From the NCBI RefSeq assembly GCF_009834535.1, contig NC_045696.1, positions 119,104,001-119,168,000 of the forward strand: a stretch of 64,000 nt of DNA. Direction: 5' to 3'. Both the position numbers and the translations under genes were made by a program. How positions within the stretch are numbered: position 1 is the stretch's first letter; every line of letters starts with the position of its first letter. Source of the DNA: Camelus ferus (Eukaryota). The notes beneath the pieces are model-generated. The model had not been told where the DNA came from and searched no databases. It worked only from the letters and a program-made list of their open reading frames with translations. Of the stretch, positions 47,830 to 59,695 are shown piece by piece.

Positions 47830-47952
47830 GGGGAGGGTATAGCTCAGGGGTAGAGCGCGTGCTTAACATGCACGAGGTCCTGGGTTCAATTCCCGGTACC
47901 TCCATTAAGAATAAATATATAAATAAATAAACCTAATTATCTCCCCCCCCCC
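47830..47952 (+). mobile_element. Young vic-1-type SINE with perfect 15-bp TSD
   Basis: TSD AAAATGATTACAATA at 47815-47829 and 47953-47967; intact A/B boxes, AT-rich tail and C run. Confidence 0.93.
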
Positions 47953-48119
47953 AAAATGATTACAATAAATCATGGTGATAGGAGGTCAATTAGAAGAATG
48001 GGAAGACATTGGGACTGAAAAACCAGGGGACCTTAGATGCTCTCTTATCTCTAAAATTGTAAGTCACTGAACAGTCTGAGGCTCAGTTTCCTGAATCCGT
48101 ATAAAACGGGCTGGCGTAG

Positions 48120-48315
48120 AGGGAACAATATTAACTATTTTGGATTTTGGGGGCAATCTGGTCTCTTTCATAGCCATCGAACTCTGCCCTTGTCTTGCAA
48201 AAGCAGACACTCACAATATGTAAATGAATGGGTGTGGCACTGTTCCAATAAAAATGTCCCAAACTCAGCAGTGGGCTGGACTTGGCCTGTGGACTATAGT
48301 TTGCCAACCTCTGGT
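48120..48315. mobile_element. MER58A-like hAT MITE
   Basis: AACTCTGCCCTTGT..GCAAAAGCAGAC..TAAATGAATGGGTGTGG..GTTCCAATAAAA..TAGTTTGCCAACCTCTG. Confidence 0.78.
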
Positions 48316-48507
48316 TTCAAAGATCAGAGTAATGAATATTGCCCGATTTTTTTCTTGTAGGTTTAAAAGAGGAAGATTAAATGTTGTAATGAAAGCTTTT
48401 TGAAAAAATATAAAGAGGGATTTCTGCTTCTGGGTAAGATTTAGTAGTTTGAGGCAAACTGATGACCCCAAGAGGAATAATGAGAAAAGCCATGTAAAAT
48501 ATATTTT

Positions 48508-48781
48508 ATTTTTTTTGTATATGTATCTCTTTACTGAAGTATAGTCAGTTTACGATGTTTTGTCAGTTTCTGGTGTACAGCATAATGCTTCACTCATACA
48601 AGAATATACATGTATTCATTTTCATATTCCTTTTCCACCATAAGTTACTACAAGATACTGAATATAGTTCCCTGTGCTATACAGTATAAACGTGCTTTTA
48701 ATCTGTTTTATATATCATAGTATCTGCAAATCTTGAACTCCCAATTTATTCCTTCCCACTTCCTTCCACCCCTGGTAACTG
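48508..48781 (-). mobile_element. Camelid L1 3' UTR fragment
   Basis: ACTGAAGTATAGTCAGTTTACGATG..CCCCTGGTAAC; TAAAATATATTTTA repeated on both flanks. Confidence 0.85.
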
Positions 48782-49756
48782 TTAAAATATATTTTAAAAG
48801 ATCATTCTGTTGACAGGCATCTGAGAGGTGCTGAAGCACAGAGGACTTAGTCGGAGGTGGGGTGGAAGGATGCTGAGATGTCAAGAAGGGCAGAACTACG
48901 GGAATTCACCTGCTGGTCTGCAGCTGCCGTATCCCTGGGAGGCATTTCTGGAATGGGTGTTCGCAAGAGACTAAAAATCCAGGCTTTGCCCAAATGGAGC
49001 ATTGCTGCTGTGGGAAGAGAAGCCAGTGGACCTTTTGGTGGTCTCATGGGACTGCACTGCAGAGACAAAACCCGGGGGTGGTGAGGAGTCTCAGCACACA
49101 GTTTGTTCCCTTCCAGGCAGTCGCTAAATTCTGCAGCTTTGTGGGGTGGGTGGTTCAAGAGCTAATCAGAAAGCCTTTGGAAAACAGTGGGGAATGTTCA
49201 GCGGTCTTGGTGCTGAGAAGATAAAGCTGAAGGATTCAGGACCTGCTTTGGGAGGTTGGGAGTTGGGGGCGTGGTGGACACACGACACCCTGCACTGACA
49301 GCCCAGTCCGAGGCCGGTGGGTAGACCAGACCCTCACTGGTTCAGGGGGTCAGCCCCACCCCACCCAGCTGTGTCTGCCCGGTGGAAGGCAGGAAGAGCC
49401 AGCTCCCAAGGAATGTAACTTCAGAAGTCTCTGTAATTTTTTTACACACAAAGTCTAATATTAATCAGAAGTTATTAGTTATGCCACTGTCAATAAAAAA
49501 GCCAAGAGCGAAAACAGATAATAGAAGCAGACTCACAGGTAGCCCAGATTTCACTAATGAGATTTAGCAAAAAAATTTTTTAATAACTGTGATTAATATG
49601 TTCAAGGAAAGATTTTTTAATGGGAAAAATAGATGAAGAGATGGAAAATTGCATCAGAGAATTGGAATCTATAAAGAAGCCAATGGAACCAAAGTATCGA
49701 TCAAATCTATAAAGAATCTATTCATGGGGGAAAATATCTGAAATTAAGAACTCATG

Positions 49757-50205
49757 ATACTATTCAGCCATAAAAACTGACAACATAACGCCATTTGCCA
49801 GCAACAAGGGTGATCCTGGAGAATGTCATTCTAAGTGAAGTAAGCCAGAAAGAGAAAGAAAAATACCATATGAGATTGCTCATATGTGGAATCTAGAAAA
49901 AAAAAAACATAAATACAAAACAGAAACAGACTCATAGACATAGAATACAAACTTGTGGTGCCAAGGGGGTGGGGGTGGGGGGTGGGAAGGGACAGACTGG
50001 GATTTTAAAATGTAGAATAGATAAACAAGATTATACTGTATAGCACGGAAATATATACAAGATCTTATGGTAGCTCACAAGAGAAAAAAATGTGACAATG
50101 AATGTATGTATGTTCATGTATAACTGAAAAATTGTGCTCTGCCCTGGAATTTGACACAACATTGTAAAATGACTATAACTCAATAAAAAAAATGTAAAAA
50201 AAAAA
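49757..50205 (+). mobile_element. Camelid L1 3' end with poly(A)
   Basis: ATACTATTCAGCCATAAAAA..G-rich tract..GACTATAACTCAATAAAAAAAATGTAAAAAAAAAA; AGAAC(T/A)CATG flanks. Confidence 0.9.
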
Positions 50206-51135
50206 GAGAACACATGGGATACAGTTGAACAGAAGATCATACAGAGCAGAGGGCAGGAGAGTGAGCTGGAGGAAGGTTCATGGAAATGATTCAGACTTAA
50301 GTGCAGACAGTTAAGAACGGAACATACAGAAAAGAATTTGAGACAAAGGGACATAGTGGAAGATCTAAGATGTGGATAATTGGAGTCTCAGCAGGAGAAG
50401 AGAGGGGACAGGGTGGGACGGAAGCAGGATTTGAAGAGATAATGGCCAAGAATTTCCCCAAACTTGTGAGAGAGATCAACCCACACATTCTAGAAGCCGT
50501 GCAGACTCCAATAAAAAAAGTTCCCTGCTTAATGGATAAAGATGTTATTTAAGAACCCACGACACCCTGGCGTTTTAGATTTCTGTGACTTCTGAGACCT
50601 TGACAGCTAATTCAGATTTTTTTAGCAATAACAACATGTAGTAGGCTTAAATAAAAACTTCCCTCTGCTCCATGGCTCTGACTGCTATAGGGGATTGAAA
50701 GGAATATGCTTACGTTTGATGAAAGATATTTAACAAGTGTTGTTGGAACAGAGTTGACTTTTCAAAGAGAATTGTGCTTGACTTATTACTATAATATTAG
50801 AATAAAAATGTTTATCAATATGAAAAAAAATTTCTCAACACTCATATTACTGTTTGATTCGTCAGAATTTCCAAGGCATGAGACCTGTTACAGGGCGAGC
50901 CTCCAGCCGTCTGCGTGTGTGTTTCCCTCCCTGGGCGTCTCCTCCAACCAAACCCGCTTAAGCGTAGTCGCTGTGTTTTCCTGCTCTCTGCTTCTGTCAG
51001 TGTTCAACCCCTAACCCCAGCCCTTGGCATTTCCCACTTCCGGGAACCCTCACCTTTGACCTTATCATTATCACTGACATCCTCAAGGCACAGTTTTTAA
51101 ACTGGGGCAAGCGAGAGCTGTATCTCTTAAGGGGG

Positions 51136-51560
51136 TGCGTTAGTTACCCAAGGTTGTACAAGAAACCAGCCTGAGCAGCAGCTTAAAGCGACCAAAGCGT
51201 ATTCTCTCATAGCCCCGGAGGCCGGAAGTCTGACATCAGAGTGCTGGCAGGGCCCTTGAAACCTCTCCGGGGAGCACGTGTTTGTCACCACTCTCTAGGG
51301 GCTGGTAGCATCACCTCCCTGGGCTCTGTCCTCACGTTGCCGTCTGCCCTGTGTGTCCTTTTCTGTGAGTCTCTCTCAGAACGCCCTCTGCCTCCTCTCC
51401 TAAGGTCGCATGGTGATGGAATTTAGGGCCACCTGGACCATCCGGGGTAAATAACCCCCTCTTCTCAGGATCCTTAACTTAAATCACATATTTTGCCGTG
51501 TCAAGTAATATTCACGGGGCCTGGGGAAAGGGGGGTGGACACCTCTCTCTGAGCCCAAAA
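51136..51560 (-). mobile_element. MLT1B/C-like MaLR LTR
   Basis: GCAGCTTAAAGCGACC..TATTCTCTCATAGCCCCGGAGGCCGGAAGTCTGACATCAG..GGAATTTAGGGCCACCTGGA..GATCCTTAACTTAAATCACA. Confidence 0.78.
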
Positions 51561-53709
51561 AAGGTGGTGATGTTGTGATAATAATAGTAAGTGCTTAAAA
51601 AAGATAGTATGTGCCTAGCAGTGCGTTACCAGCCTCCTCTCACTTAAGTCCTGGGACCACCTCTCTGAGATGGGTACCATCATTACCACCCTGTTCAGGT
51701 GAAAACTCTCGGGCTTAGAGAGGTACGTGCTTACCAGGGTCACGTTGCAGCTGATAAGTGGTGGAGCAGGGTTTGAACCCAAGCATTTGGGCTTTGAACT
51801 TCCTTCCCTAAACTGCTGCGGGTCAGTACTCTGGCTTTCTGTTCGGACTGCTGCCTGCAGCTGGCTTTTAGCCCTAGGTTCTGGTGGGACTTTTTAGCTC
51901 TCAAATTCTCTGGTCCTATGCATTTTTATCAGAAAAACAAACAAACAAAAAAACCCAGAACCCTTCAAACCCGGATTATGAAGAGTATAACAAATTTTAA
52001 TCTGCTGGCTAACAGAACGAATTTGCTCACACTGCTTCCAGACGAAGTGGGTGTGCATTTACTGTGGCACATTTTACAGCTGCCGATGGTGGAGGTGTTC
52101 CAGAAGGAAAAATTACTTCTGGGCTCCCTGGCCACGCCTATACCATCTGAGTAAATTGAGGTAATTACTCAGGTTATTCAGTCCCTGCCTGCCAGATAAT
52201 TGAGGGAAATGGGGTTATTAATTTGAAGTAGCTAGGTAATTGGGTCTGCCTCCCTTTGATAATGTAAACATGGTCATATTGTGTAATTGTGTAATTGGCT
52301 GAAAGGGCTCTATTCTTTCTCTCGAAGAATCTGCTGTTGTCTGTGGCCTGGCCGTCGGGTATTAGATTCTTACAGATAAACCCCGGTGCTTAGCTTGGGT
52401 TTCCTGGTGAGACATACATACATATACGTGGATGTATATAAATACATGTGTCCATGTGTGTGCGTGTATATATATTTTTTAATTAAAAATGAGAACATAG
52501 GAGGTCTTTTAACTTTATTACTGTTGATAATTCATGTAAGTGTTTAAAGGAAATATTGCCTCCAAGGTAGACCACCTTAGAGGCTATTTGTCATTGAGCC
52601 CTGCCTACCGTAATGTCTGTATTTGAACGTAGCCGAGATTGTTCCTCGTCAGATGGTCAGAGGAAAACTAGCTTTGCGTCATTGGCTTCTCCCTAACCTT
52701 TGCCCACCCGGGGGTCCGGGCTGGGGTTTTGCTCTTGGACTGTCTACATTTTTCTTGATCTTGTTCCTGCCTCTGGGTCCACGTTGTCACAGCAGCTGGG
52801 CGGCCTCGGGGGCCTTCCTGTCTCACTTTCCAAAACGACTGGTGTCTTCTGAGACTTTTCCATCTTACGTGGGGCTGGGCCTGCCTGGCCTGACATTCTG
52901 TGCCAGAAGTCTGGCCGTTCAGGGGTAGGGGCTGCCTTATGAAGGGTAAGATGCTGGGGTGGGAGGGAGGGGACCACATCACCCCTGTGGAGGTCACCTG
53001 TCTCAGAGGCTCTGGCATCATCTGCTTCTGAAATGGTCTTTCTGGCTTTGGACCTCACACCCTGAATTTTGGCTGGAAAATGAGACCCATGCATTGTCTG
53101 CTCCTGTACCTCCCATTACAGTCGTCTGCGTAACCGGCCTCTGGTGTGATATTTCTGCCTTACTCGGTAAAGGAGGAAACTGGGGAGAAAATTTCACCTA
53201 AAATGTTCTCACCCAAGCTCTGATTGAGGTGTGCAGCTTTGGTCTTGCCCGTGGTGTGGGAGGCTGAGGGCCCTGATCCTCACAGAGCTGGATGTCCCAT
53301 CTCCTGAGTCCCTCTGCTCTCCCAGGTGTGCTCCGAAGAGTCGGGGGGCCATTCACACCAGACGGGGCTCAACCTGCTCAGACGCAGTCAGTTGTCACCT
53401 GAGCCTCCTGAAGTTTTCCCTCTGGGCTTTGGGTTTATTTATAAGCTTGATGGGCCTTGGGGGAAGGAGAAAAGAGGAGGGGAGGAACTTGTCCCTAACA
53501 TGGAAACCAAATATGGTTACTATAGAAGCTCCCCATGTGTGACCCACCCCACGAGCCTGCAGTAAATGTGCAAATATCAAAATAACACACCATAGAAATA
53601 AATCACACTGGAAAAGGGAAATTGAGACAATCTTGGTGTTTTGCAGGCTCAGAAAATTCTACATAATTTACTCCTGCAATGTGTATTTTACATACTACAT
53701 TATCTGACT

Positions 53710-53812
53710 TTATATATATATAAGTATATATTAAAATACATAAGTATATATAAATACATATGTGTGTATGTGTATGTATATATGTATGTGTATGTATATA
53801 CATATATATATA
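53710..53812. repeat. Compound (TA)n/(TG)n low-complexity tract
   Basis: Direct read; source of the YI/YV-rich spurious ORFs. Confidence 0.9.
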
Positions 53813-54546
53813 GTATCCCTGTGGAATTTCTGGATCACTGCTCTAACTCATCAAAATTCAGAACAAAGCTATGTCCACATACAGTGTTAGAATCAGGAAT
53901 CACTTGAAAAATTCGTGTTCTCAAAAACATCTTGGCTTTAGTTATCTGAGAAGAAAACATCGCATTTAATTTTCTTAGTTTCTTATTTCAGTTTGCAAAT
54001 GTCAAATAGCTAAAAGTTATAGAAACTCTCCCCAAAATGATAAATCTCTTTCAAAACCTAGTGTATGTAAATCTTTGAGTGTACTTTCTTCTAGCATTTA
54101 AACAAATGATAATGGTCAACATTTCTGTAATAAGTTCATTTTTCGTCTCTTTTCTGCAGCATGACGATACTGACTAGGTCATTATAGATGTAAGTGATAG
54201 CTGTTTAGAGCAGGTGAATTCTGAGTACGGACCAGCATTTTTAAGAAAAATTTTAAGACAATTTTGAGTGTCGATTTGAGTTTGATTTTTTTTAGTTTTC
54301 AGTCTTTTGACTTAGGGGAAATGAGAAATAGTCTTTCATTAGGGCAAAGGACTCTTTGTGTAAGAGTTTAGACGGCTGAAATACTTTGCAGACCTTACTC
54401 AGACCTTTTTTGATTCTGTTAAGACTGATTTCATTCAGTAAAAATCAAGGTTTGTAACTTTAGAGAATTCATGAAGCTCAGCATCATCTTTTCAGTTTAC
54501 TCTTCAGATTTTTGTCCTTTCAGTCTGCTGAGAAGAAAGATGAACA

Positions 54547-54739
54547 GATAGACAGCAAGTTTCTAACCGTACAGCACAGGGAACTCTATTCAATATCTTG
54601 CGGTAACCTATAAGGAAAAAGAATATGAAAAGGAATATATGTATGTGTATATGGATGACTGAAACACTGCTGTGCACCTGAAATTGACACAACATTGTAA
54701 ACTGACTCTACTTAAATAAAAAAGAATGCAAAAAAAAAA
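54547..54739 (+). mobile_element. Camelid L1 3' tip with TSD
   Basis: ACAGCACAGGGAACTCTATTCAATATCTTG..CATTGTAAACTGACT plus A tail. TSD AAAGATGAACA at 54536-54546 and 54740-54750. Confidence 0.88.
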
Positions 54740-55579
54740 AAAGATGAACAAATTTTCTCTCTAAGTATGTGAAATAAGAGTGGCTTTAGCCCAAGACGCT
54801 TTCCAAAAGAGACTGAAGTTTGTGGAAAGCAGCCACGGTTTTGAGAATAATTTTGGCTGCCTTGAGCTTTGGGTTTGTCTTGTACGCGTCTGAGTTTTTA
54901 GTTACTGGAATCTGACATCTAAATAAGAGGCTGTTACTATGATACGCAAATAAAATGGATGGGTCGAACTGCTTGTCCTTAGGGATGTTGAAAGGACAAT
55001 TTACTATTCACAAGGACGGAAGAGCTCCGTGAACATCCGTACTGAGGAGCTAGTGCCACAGGAAAGCTGTAGAGAGATGGGCTTTTGGGGGTTGAACTGA
55101 ATTAATGACACATGAAAGGAAAAATTCACTTCTCGGGTAGGGAAGGTGTTTTCCAAATATCAGCAAGGACAGAACTTCCCTCTCTCCTCTGCCCTCGCCT
55201 GTTCTGAGACTCCACTCCCTGGGGCCCCAGGACCGCCCTGAGCGCCCTGAACTATGATGACAGCAGGACACGGGGCATGTCCCTCTGTTTCCATGCCTGC
55301 CCACTAGACTGTGCTGGCCCCCACTGGCCAGGCACTTTGTCTGGTTTCTTTTTATCCCCCCAGATGCCTGGTACAAGCCTGGCACATGGCAGATGCTCAG
55401 TAAATGTCTATTGAACTCATAAGTCTTAATGGCAATAAACCTTCTTTTTGTAAGAAAAATTTATGTATTCCCCACCCCACTACCAGAGCAGTAGTTGAAT
55501 TTTTGTTTCAGGTAGCATTTGCCATTTTCAATCAGAGGAACTGAAATAAGAAATGACCATTTTATTGAATGAATAAGCT

Positions 55580-56031
55580 TTTAATTATTTTTTAAATTTA
55601 AATTTTTTGATTTACAATGTTATATTAGTTTCTGGTCTACAGTGTAGTGATTTATTTAAACATATATATGTATATAAACATATTCTTTCTCATACTCCTT
55701 TTCATTGCATGTTACTACAAGCCACTGAATATAGCTCCCTGTGCTGTACAGTGTAACCCTGTTGTTTGCCTATTTTATAGATAGTAGTGTGTATCTGCCA
55801 GTCTTGAACTCCCAATTCATCCCTTCCCTTCCCTCTTCCCCTCTTGGTAACCATAAGTTCATGTCCCGTGTCTGTGAGTCTGTTTCTGTTTTGTAAGTAA
55901 GTTCATTGGTATCTTTTTCTAGGTTCCACCTACAAGTGATGTCACATGGTGCTTTCTTTGTCTGGCTTAGTTCACTTAGCATGATAACGTCTAGGTCCAT
56001 CCATGTTGCTGCCAAAGACATAATTTCGTTC
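55580..56031 (-). mobile_element. Camelid L1 3' end
   Basis: ORF 55770-56021(-) begins MSLAATWMDLDVIMLSELSQ (L1 ORF2 end), followed by 3' UTR motifs. Confidence 0.88.
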
Positions 56032-56159
56032 AGAATTCACAGAATTCAGTCATTTCTTTGGCAAGTCTGTAATGCTTGTACTTCTGAAATTTGAGCCTAA
56101 AACCACCTTCCGACCTTTGGGGTACCTTGTGTACCATAAAAGAGGGTATAATTGTAACT

Positions 56160-56380
56160 CATAACTGGCATTTGTTGAGGACTTCCTGTGTCTTAGGTGT
56201 CTAACCCTGTAGATTTCCATGAAGATCTTATCAGGTAAATACTACTGTCGTCCCTCTTTATGCTTGAGGAAGCACAGACACCAAGAGATGAGTAACCTTC
56301 CTGCCACCACTCAGCAAGTGGCCGAGATTTGAACCCGGGGAGTCTCACTGCAGGGTCTGCACTCCTAACCGCCAAGCCAG
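56160..56380 (-). mobile_element. MIR SINE
   Basis: CATTTGTTGAGGACTT..TGAGGAAGCACAG..GATTTGAACCCGGG. Confidence 0.7.
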
Positions 56381-56717
56381 CCTGCCTCTCTGGGGTGACT
56401 GGCCTGCGTGCAGTGTTTGTTGAGGGGACTGAATTGACCCGGGGGATCTGTCCAGCTGCAGCGGCTCCACCGAGGGACAGCCCTGTGTGGCAGCAGTAAG
56501 TCACCTGTGCTGTTGAACAAACGTGGTCACGTGTGAGAGATGAAAAGAGCCCGTCTTCTCGTCATGCACCAGGAAGTTGCACACGTGCTTGTGGAAGTTC
56601 TTCGAGACCTGGCCATCTGTCATCCTGTAAAGTCTTCACTGACGCGTGGCACACATGGAGTGTTTAGATTTTACCGGAGAGGGGACTCTTGAAACAGCTG
56701 TCGTTTCTTTGTCTACC

Positions 56718-57012
56718 AGAGGCCGGCGGTTCTCAGGGTGCCGTCTGGACACCCTGGGACTTCCTCAGGGCACAGCTCTCTTCAGAATAACATGAGGATC
56801 TTTATATATTTGCCTTTTTCACTTGTATTCTCTCACGAGCACATGGCGGAACTTTCCAGAGGCCACGTGATGTGTGATGCCATCATCGCTAGTATTTAAA
56901 TTCTCTAAAATAATAAATATTGATAGCTTTAACCCACATGCACAAAAGCTCTTAGAGGGTGGCCTGGAATTTTTGAGAGTGCGAAAAAGATAATTTTTCT
57001 TAAGAGTTTGGT
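56718..57012. mobile_element. hAT-Charlie (Charlie1/MER58B-like) remnant
   Basis: GGCGGTTCTCAGGGTG..TTTGCCTTTTTCACT..TTCTCTCACGAG..TTTCCAGAGGCCACGTGATGTGTGATG..AACCCACATGCACAAAAGCTCTT. Confidence 0.55.
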
Positions 57013-59544
57013 CAGTGGAGGGTGTTTACACTATTTTTTTAAACAGTAAATTTATTACAAATACACCTGAGTTTGCAATCCCTTCCCAATGTGTAAGAAG
57101 TTGGGCAAAATGAAATTTGCCTTAGAAAGACACTGTTCTTTTTGAGCTGCCGGGCATCTCTTAGGATACTCTCACAGCCCTGGGCGTTTTTCTTCCTAAA
57201 AGGAAGGGTATTCTTACTGTCTCGGGTCTCGGGTCTCCAGAGATTGGGTCTTCGTTCTGATTGGCAGAGCGCACAGTCCTGGTTACCGTGGTTGTGAATA
57301 AGACAGCTCGCCGAGTGCCAGAATCCATGCTCTGTGCCGTCAGAACTCAGCTGCCTCCAGCCTCCTCCCAACGGTTCCGCCACTCCCTCCACTTGGAGGT
57401 TTTAAGAATTAGCTGTCCACAGATTAAGTGCCCTTAATCAGCTCCTCTTCCATTACACTGTGAAGTTTCTCTCCTGTTCAGCGGAGAACTTGATTTTCAC
57501 TTGATATCTGCGATCATAGAATAGTAAGTGGATTCCCAGGAAATTTCGTGAAGAGGAATAATAATGTGGAGATGGAGGGAGGGGGAGCTAATTGATTAGT
57601 TTTGAATCAGTTTCCAGGAGGAGTGGAGGAGCCCAATTTATCTTTCTCCTCCTTGGCGTGGTGTTCTCGCAGATTGTCTGATGTTTCATTATCAACTTGA
57701 CAGAACAGCTGATGTATAATTCTGTTGAGTAGGCTATCCATCCTGCTTTTGCCATGTGCATTTATTACTTTGTGATTAGATTATTTGGACTCTATTAGTT
57801 GATTATCTGAGAGCTGGAGGAGGGAGCTCAGAGGGGAGTGGACCTCTCTGGGTCCTGAATTTTCAGAGCCTCTGGTCCTTTGAGCATAGTGGACACCTCC
57901 TTCTCCAGGGCTAATAGACTGGGGTTGGGGGACCGTAAATGACTGGTGTGTATGTTCTCTCCTAATAAAACTTTCAGGGAGAATGCTCCCATCTTCAGAA
58001 TTTCCCTCCCCTTACACATGAGCAGCCTCATCGTTTTCTGTCTGTCCTCACTGCCTGCTCGCCTGGTTCCAGGGTTAATTTGCACACTTGTCATCCTGGG
58101 GTATTTTTGTTTGTTTGTTTTTCCCACCCCTGACCTGTTTATGGAGCCTCTCCCCTGTGAGTTTTGAAAACCACCGGCTTGTAGCGTGAGGATTTTCACA
58201 CACGCATGCCAAGCTCCGGCGAACAAATTGTGTCCCTTTGCCCAAGAAGCCTCTTTGGTGTCCCCTGCCCCCTAAAAATAACATCGTTCCTCCAAGTGAC
58301 ACAGGAACTCAGCCCGGGCAAGGTTTTCTCAGCACCATGCACCCCCTGAACAAGCTGGGGTGGTTTCTGCTGCTGATTCTGCAGCTGCTCCCCGACCCTG
58401 GCAGTGCCCGACCACCTGCCTGGAGTCCCCATCACACACGCCCAGACAAGACCCGGGCTGAAGCAGGGCATCCGCTGGCCGCCTGCCTTCACTTGCCAGC
58501 CTCTCTGGCCTCATCTTTGGAGAATCAGAGATCCTGTGGGAGGCGGCGCGGTGCTGGGGAAGGGGCAGTTTTGCCAACTTGTCCTTCCCAGTAACTGGCT
58601 CTCTGTCTGCTCTTTCTTTAATCATCTTTTCATTTGCTGAATGTTTACTGAATTCTGGTTATTAGCTAGGCAGAGGAGGCGGGTCGTGAGGAGACAAAAT
58701 GAGCCAGCCCGGGCATCCTAGAAGTCTTTGGCCAACCCGGCGTGCTGGGTCAGAGGGGGTCAACTGACAGTGCTTTCTCCTGATCCCACTTCCCTGGCCT
58801 CTCTCCATGTCCTCCAGGCTTTCTCCCTACCTCTCTGGCTGCTCCTCCACCTCCTTTGCAGATCTGGCCATCTCTGCATGGCCGCTGACTGTGGGGAGTT
58901 TGCCCCTGCTCGGCCGTGGCCTGCCCTTTTCTCTGCATGGTCTCTCGTGAGAGCTTATCCAAGCCCAGGGCCCCAGTGAGAGTTTACGCCCCATAGGTGA
59001 CTCGGAGTTCTCCTTCTGCACCGCAGACCTCATATCCAACGGCTTGCCTACCTGTTCCTCTCTGATGTCACTGAGGCCACCATGACTGAACCCAGCAGTG
59101 ACCATCGCCACCGTCCAATCAGTCAGTCCCTGCAGAGTCGAGACCTCGTTGCTCAGCCATCTCTCTCTCATCTCTCAGCCGTTTCTTTGGTTTTGTTTTC
59201 TTATGGGGGGGAGGGGCGGGGAATAAGAGAGACTTGAAAATAAGGTCTCTCAAGAAGGTAAGAAAAGGCAAAATAGTACCTCTTCTGATGGCTGTGGAAC
59301 AGATACTAGGTTCGATTTTTTAGCATTTGTTCATCCTGGGTTAAGAGTACTTGTCCTGTCTCAGGAGCAGTTAGAGGGGCAGGTTGATGTCTACCTGGTA
59401 TTATTTGATGAAACAAATTGCCTACAGAAGTCACTGGGGACAGCCCGGGTGTGGGAGACATTCTCCTGAACAGGCTGCTGGCGGATGTCAGGTCAAACAG
59501 CTGGTAAGGGGTGGCACTGAGATTCCAACTCAGGGAACCCCTGA

Positions 59545-59695
59545 GTTTTGTATTATTATGCTCTCCATTTTAAAAATGAGGACACTCTGGATCAGAGAGG
59601 TGGAGTAACTTTCCCAAGGTTGCATAGCTGGTAAGTGGTGGACCCGAGATTCAAACCCAGGCATTCAGAGCCTGTGCCTTTCACCACGGCACTAG
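59545..59695 (-). mobile_element. MIR SINE
   Basis: CCATTTTAAAAATGAGGACACT..AGAGAGGTGGAGTAACTTTCCCAAGGT..GATTCAAACCCAGGCA. Confidence 0.8.

Larger units (their letters stand above)
48420..50515 (+). mobile_element. Ancient L1M 5' UTR/ORF1 remnant, host to two younger L1 insertions
   Basis: ORF 50301-50552 contains RSKMWIIGVSAGEE..FEEIMAKNFPKLVREINPHILEA, like the L1 ORF1p RRM entry (RNNIRIIG.PEGEE..I.ENFP.L). A-rich ORF1-like tract at 49500-49750. 5' boundary uncertain. Confidence 0.65.
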
